A stretch of 64,000 nucleotides of DNA from an archaeon (GCA_018671515.1 JABHHN010000080.1:21695-85694); one strand, 5' to 3'; numbered from the stretch's first letter, positions 38,131 to 47,788 are shown. Numbers and translations: made by a program. The notes: generated by a model not told the origin, from the sequence alone.

Positions 38131-39096
38131 ATGGTAGATGCAGATTCTGTTCTTGATTTTGTTAAAAAAAGTGGCCCCGTTATTCCAAGATATGTTGTAA
38201 AAGAATTAGGAGCTGATACATTTATTGTTGGAGCTATTTTATCTACTCTTGTCAATGAAAATAAATTAAAATTAACAAATACTAAATTTGGTGGTACTCC
38301 TATGTACTATGCCCAATCACAAGAAGAAAAAATTCAAGTTCTCTATAAATTTCTACATGAAAAAGAAAAGAAAGCATTTGATATGTTAAAAGAAAAAAAA
38401 ATAATCAGAGATGGCGGTCTTTCTCCTGTTTTTAGAGTTGCTCTTAGAAATATAAAAGATTTCGCAAGACCATTAGAAGTTAATATAAAAGGTGAAAAAG
38501 AGTTATTCTGGAAATGGTATATGCTCCCTACAAATGAAGCTGGACCTATTATAAAAAAATTAATTTCCACTACAAGTATTAGCACAGGAAACAAAGAAGA
38601 AAATAAGGAAATTCCTGTTAAACCCATTCAAGAAGAAAAAATAAAAAAAGAACCTATAGAAGAAAAAAAAGAAATTCCAATTGAAAGAAAAGAACAAATA
38701 AAAGAAAGTGTTGAAATAGAAAAAGAAGAACCTAAAGAAGTCAAAGAAGAGCAAAAAACTATTAAAAAAATAGAAACCACTGAAGATGAATTCTTAATAA
38801 AAATCAGAAATGAATTTAATAATAATAAAATCGAAATAATTGAAGAAGAAATTATTAAAAAAAATTCAGAAATAGATATTATTATTTCATTTGATAGTCC
38901 AGTTGGGAAATTGAAATTTTTTTGTAAAGCAAGAAAAAAGAAAAAAATAAATGATAAAGATATAAGTTCGGCAATGATTACAGCTAATAATAAAAAACTC
39001 CCTCTACTTTTTGCAACTACTGGAGATCTGGCAAAAAAAACAATAAAGATGCTAGAAAATGAATTTAAAGGAACATATGTATATTATTTCAAATGA
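38131..39096 (+). CDS. hypothetical protein: N-terminal winged-helix-like region, Glu/Lys-rich linker, small C-terminal domain
   Basis: 321 aa. The central segment EENKEIPVKPIQEEKIKKEPIEEKKEIPIERKEQIKE is low-complexity. No confident family. Confidence 0.5.
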   Translation: MVDADSVLDFVKKSGPVIPRYVVKELGADTFIVGAILSTLVNENKLKLTNTKFGGTPMYYAQSQEEKIQVLYKFLHEKEKKAFDMLKEKKIIRDGGLSPVFRVALRNIKDFARPLEVNIKGEKELFWKWYMLPTNEAGPIIKKLISTTSISTGNKEENKEIPVKPIQEEKIKKEPIEEKKEIPIERKEQIKESVEIEKEEPKEVKEEQKTIKKIETTEDEFLIKIRNEFNNNKIEIIEEEIIKKNSEIDIIISFDSPVGKLKFFCKARKKKKINDKDISSAMITANNKKLPLLFATTGDLAKKTIKMLENEFKGTYVYYFK

Positions 39097-39176
39097 TTTC
39101 TAATTATAATTATACAATAAAAAATTACTCAAAATAAAAAAATTATATATATGATGCTTTCTTTCAAAACAATGTA

Positions 39177-40202
39177 ATGGGAACAAAATTATCTAATCTT
39201 TTAATCACTAAAGAAATTACTATAAATTCATTGATGAATAAAAAATTAGCAGTAGACGCATATAATCAATTATACCAATATCTTAGTACTATCAGACAAA
39301 GTGATGGTTCCCCTCTTAAAAATTCTAAAGGCAAAATTACAAGTCACATTTCTGGCCTATTTTTCAGGACAGTAAATCTTATGGAAAAAGGTATAAAATT
39401 AGCATTCATATATGATGGTGTTGCACCTGATCTAAAAAAAAAAGAAAAAGATAGAAGAAGAGCAATAAAAGAAGAAGCAGTTAAATTATATGAAAAGGCA
39501 ACTAAAGATCAAGATATTGAATCAATGAATAAATATGCTAAAAGAACTTCAAGACTTACTAGTGAAATGATTGAAGAATCAAAAGAACTACTTTCTGCTT
39601 TAGGAATACCACATTTTACTGCGCCAAGCGAAGGTGAAGCACAAGCTGCTTATATGGTAAAAAAAGGAGAATTCTATGGTATTATTTCACAAGATACAGA
39701 TTCTTTATTATTTGGTGCAACAAGAGTTATAAAAAATTTAACAATATCAAAAAAGAAAAGATTTCCTGGTTCTCCTGCATATAAAAAAAATGAACCTGAA
39801 ATAATTAATTTAAAAGATAATCTAAACAATCTTGGTATTGATATTGAACAACTTATTGCGTTAAGTATGCTTGTTGGTACTGATTTTAATATTGGTGGAA
39901 TAAAAGGAATTGGACCAAAAAAAGGCATTACATTAATTAAAGAATATAAAAACAATTTTGAAGAATTATTCAAAGAAGTCAAATGGAATGAATATTTTGA
40001 TTATCCTTGGACTGATGTATATTATACTATAAAAAATATGCCTGTTCAAGAGGAATATTCATTAAAATGGAATCCTCCAAATATAAATAAAGTCAAAGAA
40101 ATTCTTGTAGATAAATTTGAGTTTTCAGAAAATAGAATAGAAAGTACAATAAAAAAAATAAATATAAGTCAATCTCAAAAAGGACTAGGTGATTTTTTTT
40201 AA
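39177..40202 (+). CDS. fen: flap endonuclease 1
   Basis: LAVDAYNQLYQYL, ITSHISGLFFRT, APSEGEAQAAYM and QDTDSLLFG motifs. Confidence 0.92.
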   Translation: MGTKLSNLLITKEITINSLMNKKLAVDAYNQLYQYLSTIRQSDGSPLKNSKGKITSHISGLFFRTVNLMEKGIKLAFIYDGVAPDLKKKEKDRRRAIKEEAVKLYEKATKDQDIESMNKYAKRTSRLTSEMIEESKELLSALGIPHFTAPSEGEAQAAYMVKKGEFYGIISQDTDSLLFGATRVIKNLTISKKKRFPGSPAYKKNEPEIINLKDNLNNLGIDIEQLIALSMLVGTDFNIGGIKGIGPKKGITLIKEYKNNFEELFKEVKWNEYFDYPWTDVYYTIKNMPVQEEYSLKWNPPNINKVKEILVDKFEFSENRIESTIKKINISQSQKGLGDFF

Positions 40203-40203
40203 A

Positions 40204-41070
40204 ATGATTTGGCATTATTTAATATTAGGAAGTGCAATGGTAAAGACATGCCATGATTTTATTTTAAAAAAAATACTAAAGAAAGAATTTTCATCTGAAG
40301 CATTTTTAAACATATCTCTTTTAACTCTTCCTTTTTTTATTTTTTTTATATATGACATAAATTTTGATATTCCAACCAATATTTATTTACTAATTATAAT
40401 AAGATCTTTTTTTGTTGTTGCTGGAGGAATATTGTTCAATCTTGCATTAAAAAATTCTGATCTATCTGTTGTAGCCCCTTTCTACAATCTAAGTCCAATT
40501 TTTGTAATAATAGTAAGTTCAATTCTTTTAGGTGAAAGATTAATATTAATAGAATATTTTGGGATTGCTTTAATGATTTTAGGATCTCTTCTTCTAAAAA
40601 ATGAAGATGTATCAATAAATGATCATAATAAATTTGTAAAATCAAAATATTTTGCATATGTGATTGTTTGTCTTGTATTATGGGCAATTTCTGCAACTCT
40701 TACAAAGCCAATCGTAAATGTTATATCTTCAATAAATGCTCTTTTTTTTTCAATGTTATTTTCAGTAATTTTCCTTTTATTATTTCAAGTAATAAAACAT
40801 AATAATTTTTTAAAAATTGTAAAAGATTTAAAGAAAGATTGGAAAATTGTTTCAATTGCTGCCGTTACAAATTTCATTTATTCAATTCTTTATTTTATGG
40901 CTTTAAGTCATCCTAGTGCAAAAGTTAGTATAATTATTCCTTTATTTAGATTCTATGTGTTTCTTGAAGTGTTAATAGGTGGAGAGATACTAAAAGAAAA
41001 ACATTTCTTTAAAAAATTGTCTGCATCAGCAATCATGTTAATTGGTGTAATTGTAATGGTTCTCACCTAA
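40204..41070 (+). CDS. EamA/DMT-family transporter
   Basis: ~290 aa with ~10 TM. ATG 40204 lies just after the fen stop. Confidence 0.6.
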   Translation: MIWHYLILGSAMVKTCHDFILKKILKKEFSSEAFLNISLLTLPFFIFFIYDINFDIPTNIYLLIIIRSFFVVAGGILFNLALKNSDLSVVAPFYNLSPIFVIIVSSILLGERLILIEYFGIALMILGSLLLKNEDVSINDHNKFVKSKYFAYVIVCLVLWAISATLTKPIVNVISSINALFFSMLFSVIFLLLFQVIKHNNFLKIVKDLKKDWKIVSIAAVTNFIYSILYFMALSHPSAKVSIIIPLFRFYVFLEVLIGGEILKEKHFFKKLSASAIMLIGVIVMVLT

Positions 41071-41103
41071 AATTTTTAAATTATCCTTTTCTTCTTAATC
41101 TAT

Positions 41104-42108
41104 ATGAATACTATAAAATGTAATTTGAAATCTGCACAAAAGACAAAAAAACTATTGATTGAAAATAATCTCCTTGATAGACTTCATATTCCAATCAAAG
41201 AAAATAGTTTTATTTTCTTTCCTATTAATTCTTTTAAAAAAACAAAAATGATTTTTAAAAATGGAATTTTTGAAAAAAAAGAATTAGATAAAGTTAAAAA
41301 AAAAGATTTTAAATCGTTATTACCTAAAAATATTGATGTTCCTTCTTCTTTTGATGTAATTGGAGATATTATAATTATAGAAATAAAAGAAAATATGATC
41401 AAAAACGAAAAAAAAATTGCAAAAGCATTACTTAAAACATATAAAAATACAAAAACCATCCTTAAAAAAGCAGGAGAACACTCTGGTGAATTCAGGACAC
41501 AAGCTTTAAAATATTTAGCAGGAATTAATAAAAAAGAAACAGCGTATAAGGAAAATAATACCAAAATTTCCCTTGATGTAGAAAAAATATATTTCTCTTC
41601 CAGATTAAGTACCGAAAGAAAAAGAATTTTCAAAAAAATAAAAAAAGGAGAAAAAGTTCTAGTAATGTTTGCTGGTTGTGGTCCATATCCTTTGACTATT
41701 TCTAAAAATACTAATGCTAAAAAAATTATTGGTGTCGAAAAAAATCCAATTGCATCAGAATATTTTAATAAAAATATTATTCTTAATAAAATAAACAATA
41801 TTGAAGCAATTAATGGAGATGTTAAAAAAATTGTTCCAAAATTAGATGAAAAATTTGATAGAATAATCATGCCTTTGCCTAAAGATGCTGCAGAATTTCT
41901 TTATTTGGCATTTCATGTATCTAAAAAAGGAACAATAATTCATTTATATGGGTTTGAACATGAAAAAGAATTTAATATTGCATTAAAAAAAGTAGATGAT
42001 GTATGCAGAAAACATAATATCAAATATAAATTAATAGAATTGGTAAAATGTGGTCAATATTCTCCTGGAAAATTCAGAATTTGTGTTGATTTTAAGATTT
42101 TATCCTAA
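41104..42108 (+). CDS. trm5: tRNA (guanine37-N1)-methyltransferase Trm5/Taw22-like (Met-10+ family)
   Basis: FDVIGDIIII, YFSSRLSTER and a SAM motif VLVMFAGCGPYPL. Confidence 0.8.
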   Translation: MNTIKCNLKSAQKTKKLLIENNLLDRLHIPIKENSFIFFPINSFKKTKMIFKNGIFEKKELDKVKKKDFKSLLPKNIDVPSSFDVIGDIIIIEIKENMIKNEKKIAKALLKTYKNTKTILKKAGEHSGEFRTQALKYLAGINKKETAYKENNTKISLDVEKIYFSSRLSTERKRIFKKIKKGEKVLVMFAGCGPYPLTISKNTNAKKIIGVEKNPIASEYFNKNIILNKINNIEAINGDVKKIVPKLDEKFDRIIMPLPKDAAEFLYLAFHVSKKGTIIHLYGFEHEKEFNIALKKVDDVCRKHNIKYKLIELVKCGQYSPGKFRICVDFKILS

Positions 42109-42113
42109 TACAT

Positions 42114-42653
42114 TTATGGCTTAGTCCACTTAACTTCATAATAAGTTACATCTTCTTCATCATCTACAATTCCCAAAAGAAGTTTCTTTTTTGTTGAATG
42201 AGCAACCCTGTTTTTTGCTGAAAAATCATACCATGTCAAATAAGAACTCTCATGTACAGGGAAAACAACCCATTTTGCGTGATCTTCTCCTGGTTTTATG
42301 CCCCTATCATAGACTCTGAAATCTGCTCCAAATTTAAGCGCAGTCTTTACTATGTAACCTCTATTTCTAAGATCTTTATACACTGAATATCTAATTCCAA
42401 AATTTTTATCATTTTTTTTTGCTTTTTTATAAAATCTTTCTTCAGAAAAAGGACTATTTCTTCCATCTAAAATTTCTAATTTTTTATTTTCTAATAAAAA
42501 GAGAGATTCAAGCATAGATAATTTTACTCTTTCATTTTTTAGAATTAATCCAAACCTACTCTGATTATATAACATCTTAGCAGCATCGCTATTCTCTGTC
42601 AATACTGAATTTTCTCTAAGTATTGCCTTTATTGTCTCTTCTTTATTTGACAT
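42114..42653 (-). CDS. endA: tRNA-splicing endonuclease
   Basis: YKDLRNRGYIVKTALKFGADFRVY...HAKWVV catalytic-domain pattern, 179 aa. Confidence 0.85.
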   Translation of the reverse strand: MSNKEETIKAILRENSVLTENSDAAKMLYNQSRFGLILKNERVKLSMLESLFLLENKKLEILDGRNSPFSEERFYKKAKKNDKNFGIRYSVYKDLRNRGYIVKTALKFGADFRVYDRGIKPGEDHAKWVVFPVHESSYLTWYDFSAKNRVAHSTKKKLLLGIVDDEEDVTYYEVKWTKP

Positions 42654-42807
42654 TTTATTTTTATGAAGTTAGATTTTCTATATATATTCTTTCTTTTTAT
42701 GTATATTATTCTAAAATTATAAGTAAGAGTTATAATTATTATTATTATTTTCTATATAGAAAATTATTAACAAAACAATTAAAAATAGAAGTAGAATACG
42801 AAAAGAT

Positions 42808-43698
42808 ATGGAAATCACCTTTTTAGGAACTGGATGTATGTCTCCTACAAAAAAAAGGAACCATCAAGCTATGTTTTTGAAATATAGAGACGAAGGACTA
42901 TTATTTGATTGTGGAGAAGGTACTCAGAGGCAATTCTTGTTTGCCAATATAAAAATGACAAAAATTACAAAAATATTCATAAGTCATTGGCACGGAGACC
43001 ATGTTCTTGGAATTGTTGGCTTACTACAAACATTAAATAATTCTGAATATAATAAAAAACTTGAAATATATGGGCCTTATGGCACAAAAAAAAAAATGAC
43101 TGGTCTTTTCAAATTATATGATTTTAATTTATCTTTTGATTACAATATTTTTGATATAAAGGAAGGAATAATTGTTGAAGAAAAAGATTTTAAAATAATG
43201 GCTGTGGAGTTGGATCATGGAATTCCATGTTTTGGGTTTTCTTTTTTAGAAAACGATAAAAGAAAAATAAATATGTCTTTCATAAGAAAGAAAAAAATTC
43301 CAAATGGTCCTTTACTTGGAAAACTACAAAATAACAAAGATATAGAATGGAATGGAGAAAAAATATCTGCAAAAAAAGCTACATCTCTTGTTTCTGGTAA
43401 AAAAATATCATTTATCATGGATACTATTTTGTGTGATGGGTGTTCTACTTTAGCAAAAAATTCAAATGTTTTAATATGTGAATCTTCTTTTACTGATGAA
43501 TTTGAAAATAAAGCAAAAGAGTTTAAACATATGACTGCAAAACAAGCAGGTATACTAGCAAAAAAAAACAATGTTAAAAAATTAGTCCTGATTCATTTTT
43601 CTCAAAGATTTAAATCCACAAACCCTATTTGTGATGAAGCTAAAAAACATCATAAAAACACTATATGCGCAGAAGATTTGTTTATTCTTAAAATATAA
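42808..43698 (+). CDS. rnz: ribonuclease Z
   Basis: MEITFLGTG, FDCGEGTQRQ and HxHxDH (SHWHGDH). Confidence 0.9.
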   Translation: MEITFLGTGCMSPTKKRNHQAMFLKYRDEGLLFDCGEGTQRQFLFANIKMTKITKIFISHWHGDHVLGIVGLLQTLNNSEYNKKLEIYGPYGTKKKMTGLFKLYDFNLSFDYNIFDIKEGIIVEEKDFKIMAVELDHGIPCFGFSFLENDKRKINMSFIRKKKIPNGPLLGKLQNNKDIEWNGEKISAKKATSLVSGKKISFIMDTILCDGCSTLAKNSNVLICESSFTDEFENKAKEFKHMTAKQAGILAKKNNVKKLVLIHFSQRFKSTNPICDEAKKHHKNTICAEDLFILKI

Positions 43699-43753
43699 TT
43701 TCATAGTCAAATCAAGGAAATATTTATTAATCTTGATTCTCTAAATTTTATAG

Positions 43754-44917
43754 ATGGAAAATTTATATCTTATTTATCCTGCAATGCTTCTTTTATTTGG
43801 GACACTTGTTAGTGCTCTAGCAAGTAAATTAGAAATATCAAATGCTTTTTTTCTTTATTTTACTGGAATGATTTTAGGTGCCTTTGGTTTAGTAAATTTT
43901 CCAACCGAAACCATAATAGGAATTAGTAGTCTTGCTGTTGTTTTTGTTGTATTTGAAAGTACGGTAAAATTAAAATTCAAAGATATTAATAAATTCACAA
44001 AATATAGTTTAAATATTGTTGTGGTTTCTTTTATACTGCATATTTGCACAATAACTCCTCTCGTGTATTTTATGTTTCCTATATCTGATGACCCATTTAT
44101 CTCTTTTATTTTATCTCTTGTTTTTTCTTCAATTGTTTATGGTATTGATCATGATATAACTTTAACTAAAAAACTTAAAAAAAATCATAAATTAGTTAAA
44201 ATTCTTGAGGTTGAATCCTTAATAAATAGAATCCTTACTATAGTAATTCCTCTATTATTATTAAAATATATAACGGCTTTAATTACTACTTCTGTATTAC
44301 CTGGGTTTGAAGTCTTTCTTTTTTTCAAACAAGTATTATTTGGTATAATTATTGGTGTTGTAATAGGATTTTTTGTATTAATTGTTTTAAATACAAAAAT
44401 AGTTGAGGAAATAGCTTATCTAATTGTTATTACTTCGTCTATTGTTACTTTTTCAATTACAGAATTTTTTGGATTAAATGGCGTTCTTTCTTTAACCTTT
44501 TTTTCTTTAATTTTTGGTAATTATCATGTAAAACATAAAAAACAACTAGAAAAAATTACTTTCTTATTTGGTCATATTTTCAATATATTTGTTTTTATCT
44601 TAATTGGTACAAAAATGCTTATTAGTTTTGATTACTTTTTTTTTGGTACTTTACTTTTTTTAGTTTATATTTTCGTTCGTTTTGTTTCTGTATTTATCTC
44701 TCTAAAAACGAAAAAATTTTCCTTTAAAGAAATTATTTTAGTTTCTTTTAATGTACCAAAAGGAATTGATGTAGCAATAATAATACTCCTTATGATGACA
44801 CAATATAATTATATAAATGGAATAGAAAATATTGTCAATTTATGTCTTTTATTCTCATTATATTCAATTACATTATCTAATGTGTTGGGATTGTTTTCAA
44901 AAAATTTAACTTCTTAA
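43754..44917 (+). CDS. cation/proton antiporter-like membrane protein
   Basis: 387 aa with ~11 TM and a Na+/H+ exchanger-like topology. Assignment made by eye only. Confidence 0.5.
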   Translation: MENLYLIYPAMLLLFGTLVSALASKLEISNAFFLYFTGMILGAFGLVNFPTETIIGISSLAVVFVVFESTVKLKFKDINKFTKYSLNIVVVSFILHICTITPLVYFMFPISDDPFISFILSLVFSSIVYGIDHDITLTKKLKKNHKLVKILEVESLINRILTIVIPLLLLKYITALITTSVLPGFEVFLFFKQVLFGIIIGVVIGFFVLIVLNTKIVEEIAYLIVITSSIVTFSITEFFGLNGVLSLTFFSLIFGNYHVKHKKQLEKITFLFGHIFNIFVFILIGTKMLISFDYFFFGTLLFLVYIFVRFVSVFISLKTKKFSFKEIILVSFNVPKGIDVAIIILLMMTQYNYINGIENIVNLCLLFSLYSITLSNVLGLFSKNLTS

Positions 44918-45126
44918 AAGGATTTTTTTGCTAATTTTATATCTTCTTTTTTTATCGTCTTTCTTCCTGCGTGTTTGGAAAAAATTATTGCTTGATGAGA
45001 TATTTTCCCACCAATCTCTTCAAGAATTTCTCTAAGTTCTTCTTTTGCTTTTTCAGAAACTCTTTGTGCACCTGCTGCCTTCATAATTTTTTCCATCGAA
45101 TGTAATGAGATTATTTTTTTTGTCAT
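44914..45126 (-). CDS. archaeal histone (HMf-type histone fold)
   Basis: 70 aa: ...MKAAGAQRVSEKAKEELREILEEIGGKISHQAIIFSKHAGRKTIKKEDIKLA. Confidence 0.88.
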   Translation of the reverse strand: MTKKIISLHSMEKIMKAAGAQRVSEKAKEELREILEEIGGKISHQAIIFSKHAGRKTIKKEDIKLAKKSF

Positions 45127-45178
45127 ATATATTCTAAATATAAAAAGACTTAAAAATCTTGTTCATTGATTTTTAAAC

Positions 45179-45568
45179 ATGTCAAAAAGAAAAGGATCTA
45201 TTGGAGAAAGACAATTAATAAATCTTTTTTGGGCAGCAGGATGGGCAGCAATACGGTCTGCGGGTTCTGGTTCTACTTCTTTTCCCTCTCCAGATCTTCT
45301 AGTTGGAAATAAATCAAGAGTACTTGCTATTGAAGCTAAAGTTACAAAAGAGAAAAAAAAATATTTTCCCAAAGAAGAAGTAAAACAATTAATAAATTTT
45401 TCAAAATATTTTGGTGCAGAAAATTGGTTTGCTATAAAATTTCATAGGGTTGATTGGATCTTTTTTTCTCCAGAAGACCTTATTGAAAAAGAAAATTCCT
45501 TTGTTGCTAGTCTAGAATTATCAGAAATCAAAGGAGTCTCTTTTAGTGATTTAATCCAATCTTACTAA
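45179..45568 (+). CDS. hjc: Holliday junction resolvase Hjc
   Basis: KGSIGERQLINLFWAAGWAAIRSAGSG...DLL...AIEAKV catalytic pattern. Confidence 0.9.
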   Translation: MSKRKGSIGERQLINLFWAAGWAAIRSAGSGSTSFPSPDLLVGNKSRVLAIEAKVTKEKKKYFPKEEVKQLINFSKYFGAENWFAIKFHRVDWIFFSPEDLIEKENSFVASLELSEIKGVSFSDLIQSY

Positions 45569-46353
45569 AGGTCTTTATTTTTTAACCAAGAATTATAATG
45601 TAATGCTTCATAATAAAAATGATGTGATTGGTGTATTCCCAATTCACTTATTATGCCAGATATACTTTTATTTTTTATTTTTTCATAATGTTTTTCAAAT
45701 TCTTTGTCCTTTATTGCATTATGAGCGTCTAAATAAAATGAAGATGCACACACATAGGTTGGTTTATGAAATTTATTAGCTATCTCTATACACATATTTG
45801 TTCCTTTTTTACAAATTGTGTGATTTTTTGAAATTTTGTCTGCTCCTATCAAAATCATGTTTGATTCTTTAATTGCATAATACATGTCTAAATCTTCAAC
45901 ATATTTTATGCCTTCTCCAAGATATTGCCAATTTTCATATATTGGTGTCAATTTTGGTGCAATAACTTCTATATTTTTGTTTTTCTTTAATTTATCTAAA
46001 GAATAAGACAGAAGCGTATTTATACCGTGAACATATATTTTTTTATTTGTTGTTGTTTTATGTTTTATGTGTTTGTGAACTTTTCTTTTATTATCTAAAA
46101 ATAATAAAAATAATTGATTTTTATTGTCATTTAATTGTCTATGTGTATTTGTTTTTTTTAAATTATGAATTAAATATTTTAGAGAATTTTTAACAACAAC
46201 ATTATCTTTGAATTGATTAATCATTGCTCTTTTAGTAAAGAGAATTTCGCTTGAATCCTTTTCTTGAGAAATCTCACAAATTGAGTGAGAAACCGCTTTA
46301 GCAAAAAGTTCCTTGTCATGGAGTTTCTTATTCATAACAAGGTGTTGTATCAT
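45565..46353 (-). CDS. divergent eIF-2B alpha/beta/delta-family (IF-2B fold) protein
   Basis: The C-terminal half MILIGADKISKNHTICKKGTNMCIEIANKFHKPTYVCASSFYLD fits the family pattern VLVGAD.v..nG...NK.GT..lA..A....P.yV.a. Confidence 0.45.
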   Translation of the reverse strand: MIQHLVMNKKLHDKELFAKAVSHSICEISQEKDSSEILFTKRAMINQFKDNVVVKNSLKYLIHNLKKTNTHRQLNDNKNQLFLLFLDNKRKVHKHIKHKTTTNKKIYVHGINTLLSYSLDKLKKNKNIEVIAPKLTPIYENWQYLGEGIKYVEDLDMYYAIKESNMILIGADKISKNHTICKKGTNMCIEIANKFHKPTYVCASSFYLDAHNAIKDKEFEKHYEKIKNKSISGIISELGIHQSHHFYYEALHYNSWLKNKDL

Positions 46354-46556
46354 CTTCTTTTCAACGCTTTTTCTATTTTTAATTCTTCCTGTTCTATTTT
46401 TATTTCTTCTTTTGCGATTTTCATTGCCATTTTTTCAATATTTTCGTCCATTCTAGCTATCCTTCGTTCTAAAAGAACCAAGATTCTTAGACTATACACT
46501 ATAGCAGCTGTTGTTCCGACAATTATTGATAATATCGCTTGTTCTATGGTAAGCAT
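46350..46556 (-). CDS. small protein with an N-terminal TM helix and a charged coiled-coil tail
   Basis: 68 aa. 4-nt overlap with the downstream gene. No family recognised. Confidence 0.45.
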   Translation of the reverse strand: MLTIEQAILSIIVGTTAAIVYSLRILVLLERRIARMDENIEKMAMKIAKEEIKIEQEELKIEKALKRR

Positions 46557-46695
46557 AGGTACACCTCTTTTGTTATTGTAATTTCAATATTAAAAATATA
46601 ACAGAATAAATATATAAAATTATTGTTTATCAAAAAACATTTTATTGTTCTTTAATATTTTAAATGTTTTAAAAAAAATATTTAAAAAATTAAAA

Positions 46696-47472
46696 TTAGA
46701 ACCCAAAAGCATCAGAAATCGCACCGCTAAAATGTGGTGTATTTACCCACACACAGGTTTCATAACTTGGGTGTGTTTCTTCGTCATTTGTTAAAAAAAA
46801 TGCTGCTTCTCTATTATCTATAACACAAAATCTTGTTTTTGGTTTTGTAATTTGTGTATAGTAAATGTTTTCTTTAATTTTTGAAAATTCTTTCATTGTT
46901 GCTTCTTTATCTGGTGTAGAAATTTTTATGTTTACTCCTCTTTCTGCTGCTTTTTTTAATACTCTTTGTAAATGTTTTCCTTTTCTTTTTGCGCCTTCTG
47001 TTGTTGTAAGAATATTTATACTTTCTTTTGCGCCCTTTATCATTGTTTCCATATGATTATAAATGTTTTCTCTTCCTTTAACGCTTCCCGCTAAATCGGA
47101 GGGTTCAACCAAATCTATTCCTTGTGTATGTAATTGATTCAGTTCTTTCATTGCTGGGCTTTCTCTTAGTTCTTCTAACATTTTTTGACTTTCTTCTGCT
47201 TCTATAACTACTTTTTTCTTAACTCTTTCTATTACTTCGCCCGGCGGAACCGCTAAATATTTTATTGGTTTTCCTATTTTCATAATTATAAATCCTTTTT
47301 TTTCGAGACTTTCTAATACATCGTATGTTCTAGATCTTGGAACATTTGCTACGTCTGAAAGTTCTCCGGCAGTTGCTACACCCATAGAAAGCAACGCGGT
47401 CCATAGTTTACTTTCATATATATTTAATCCAAATTCCTTTAATTTTAATAATAAACTTTTTTGAACTATCAT
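46696..47472 (-). CDS. TrmB-family transcriptional regulator
   Basis: N-terminal wHTH LKEFGLNIYESKLWTALLSMGVATAGELSDVANVPRSRTYDVLESLEKKGF. Confidence 0.85.
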   Translation of the reverse strand: MIVQKSLLLKLKEFGLNIYESKLWTALLSMGVATAGELSDVANVPRSRTYDVLESLEKKGFIIMKIGKPIKYLAVPPGEVIERVKKKVVIEAEESQKMLEELRESPAMKELNQLHTQGIDLVEPSDLAGSVKGRENIYNHMETMIKGAKESINILTTTEGAKRKGKHLQRVLKKAAERGVNIKISTPDKEATMKEFSKIKENIYYTQITKPKTRFCVIDNREAAFFLTNDEETHPSYETCVWVNTPHFSGAISDAFGF

Positions 47473-47567
47473 TTTTGTCTCCTTTCTATTTATTTGTGAT
47501 TGAATAGGGGTAAATGTAATTTATATATAAATGTATTTGTTTTTATTATTTAAGAGTGACAACTAAC

Positions 47568-47596
47568 TCCCTCTGTCCTTTGTTTCCTATGGAACT
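47568..47596 (-). other. origin recognition box (ORB), inverted copy
   Basis: The reverse complement AGTTCCATAGGAAACAAAGGACAGAGGGA has a TTCCATAGGAA dyad plus a G-rich tail. Confidence 0.6.
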
Positions 47597-47704
47597 TATT
47601 TATAAACAAAAACTCTCTTATTATTATTATTTATTTTCTATATAGAAATAAATAAATAAATAAATAAATAAACCTCTTTAAAAACAAACAACAACAACAA
47701 CAGG
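47597..47704. other. AT-rich duplex-unwinding region between the ORBs
   Basis: Contains (TTA)n, the 14-bp palindrome TTTCTATATAGAAA (47635-47648), (AAAT)6 at 47646-47669 and (AAC)4 at 47690-47701. Confidence 0.55.
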
Positions 47705-47733
47705 AGTTCCATAGGAAAAGAAGGGGACAGGGA
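47705..47733 (+). other. origin recognition box (ORB)
   Basis: AGTTCCATAGGAAAAGAAGGGGACAGGGA. Its first 14 nt are identical to the inverted copy. It lies 56 nt upstream of cdc6. Confidence 0.6.
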
Positions 47734-47788
47734 CAACATAAAACAAAAAAACTAAATCTTTTTAAACCTATATTTCTTTTGGAACTAT

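Noticed and set aside
41184-41870. 228-aa minus-strand ORF, one of the longer ORFs in the track without a forward-strand call
   Set aside because: It is fully antisense to the well-supported Trm5 gene. Its Phe/Ile/Leu/Ser-rich low-complexity sequence is the mirror of Lys/Glu/Asn-rich coding DNA. It has no motifs.
42623-42826. 67-aa plus-strand ORF covering the endA/rnz intergenic region
   Set aside because: It is a Tyr/Phe/Ile low-complexity translation of promoter DNA. It overlaps both flanking gene starts and has no SD.
46285-46581. 98-aa plus-strand ORF overlapping two minus-strand genes
   Set aside because: It is a hydrophobic shadow ORF antisense to the small TM/coiled-coil gene and to the start of the eIF-2B-like gene.
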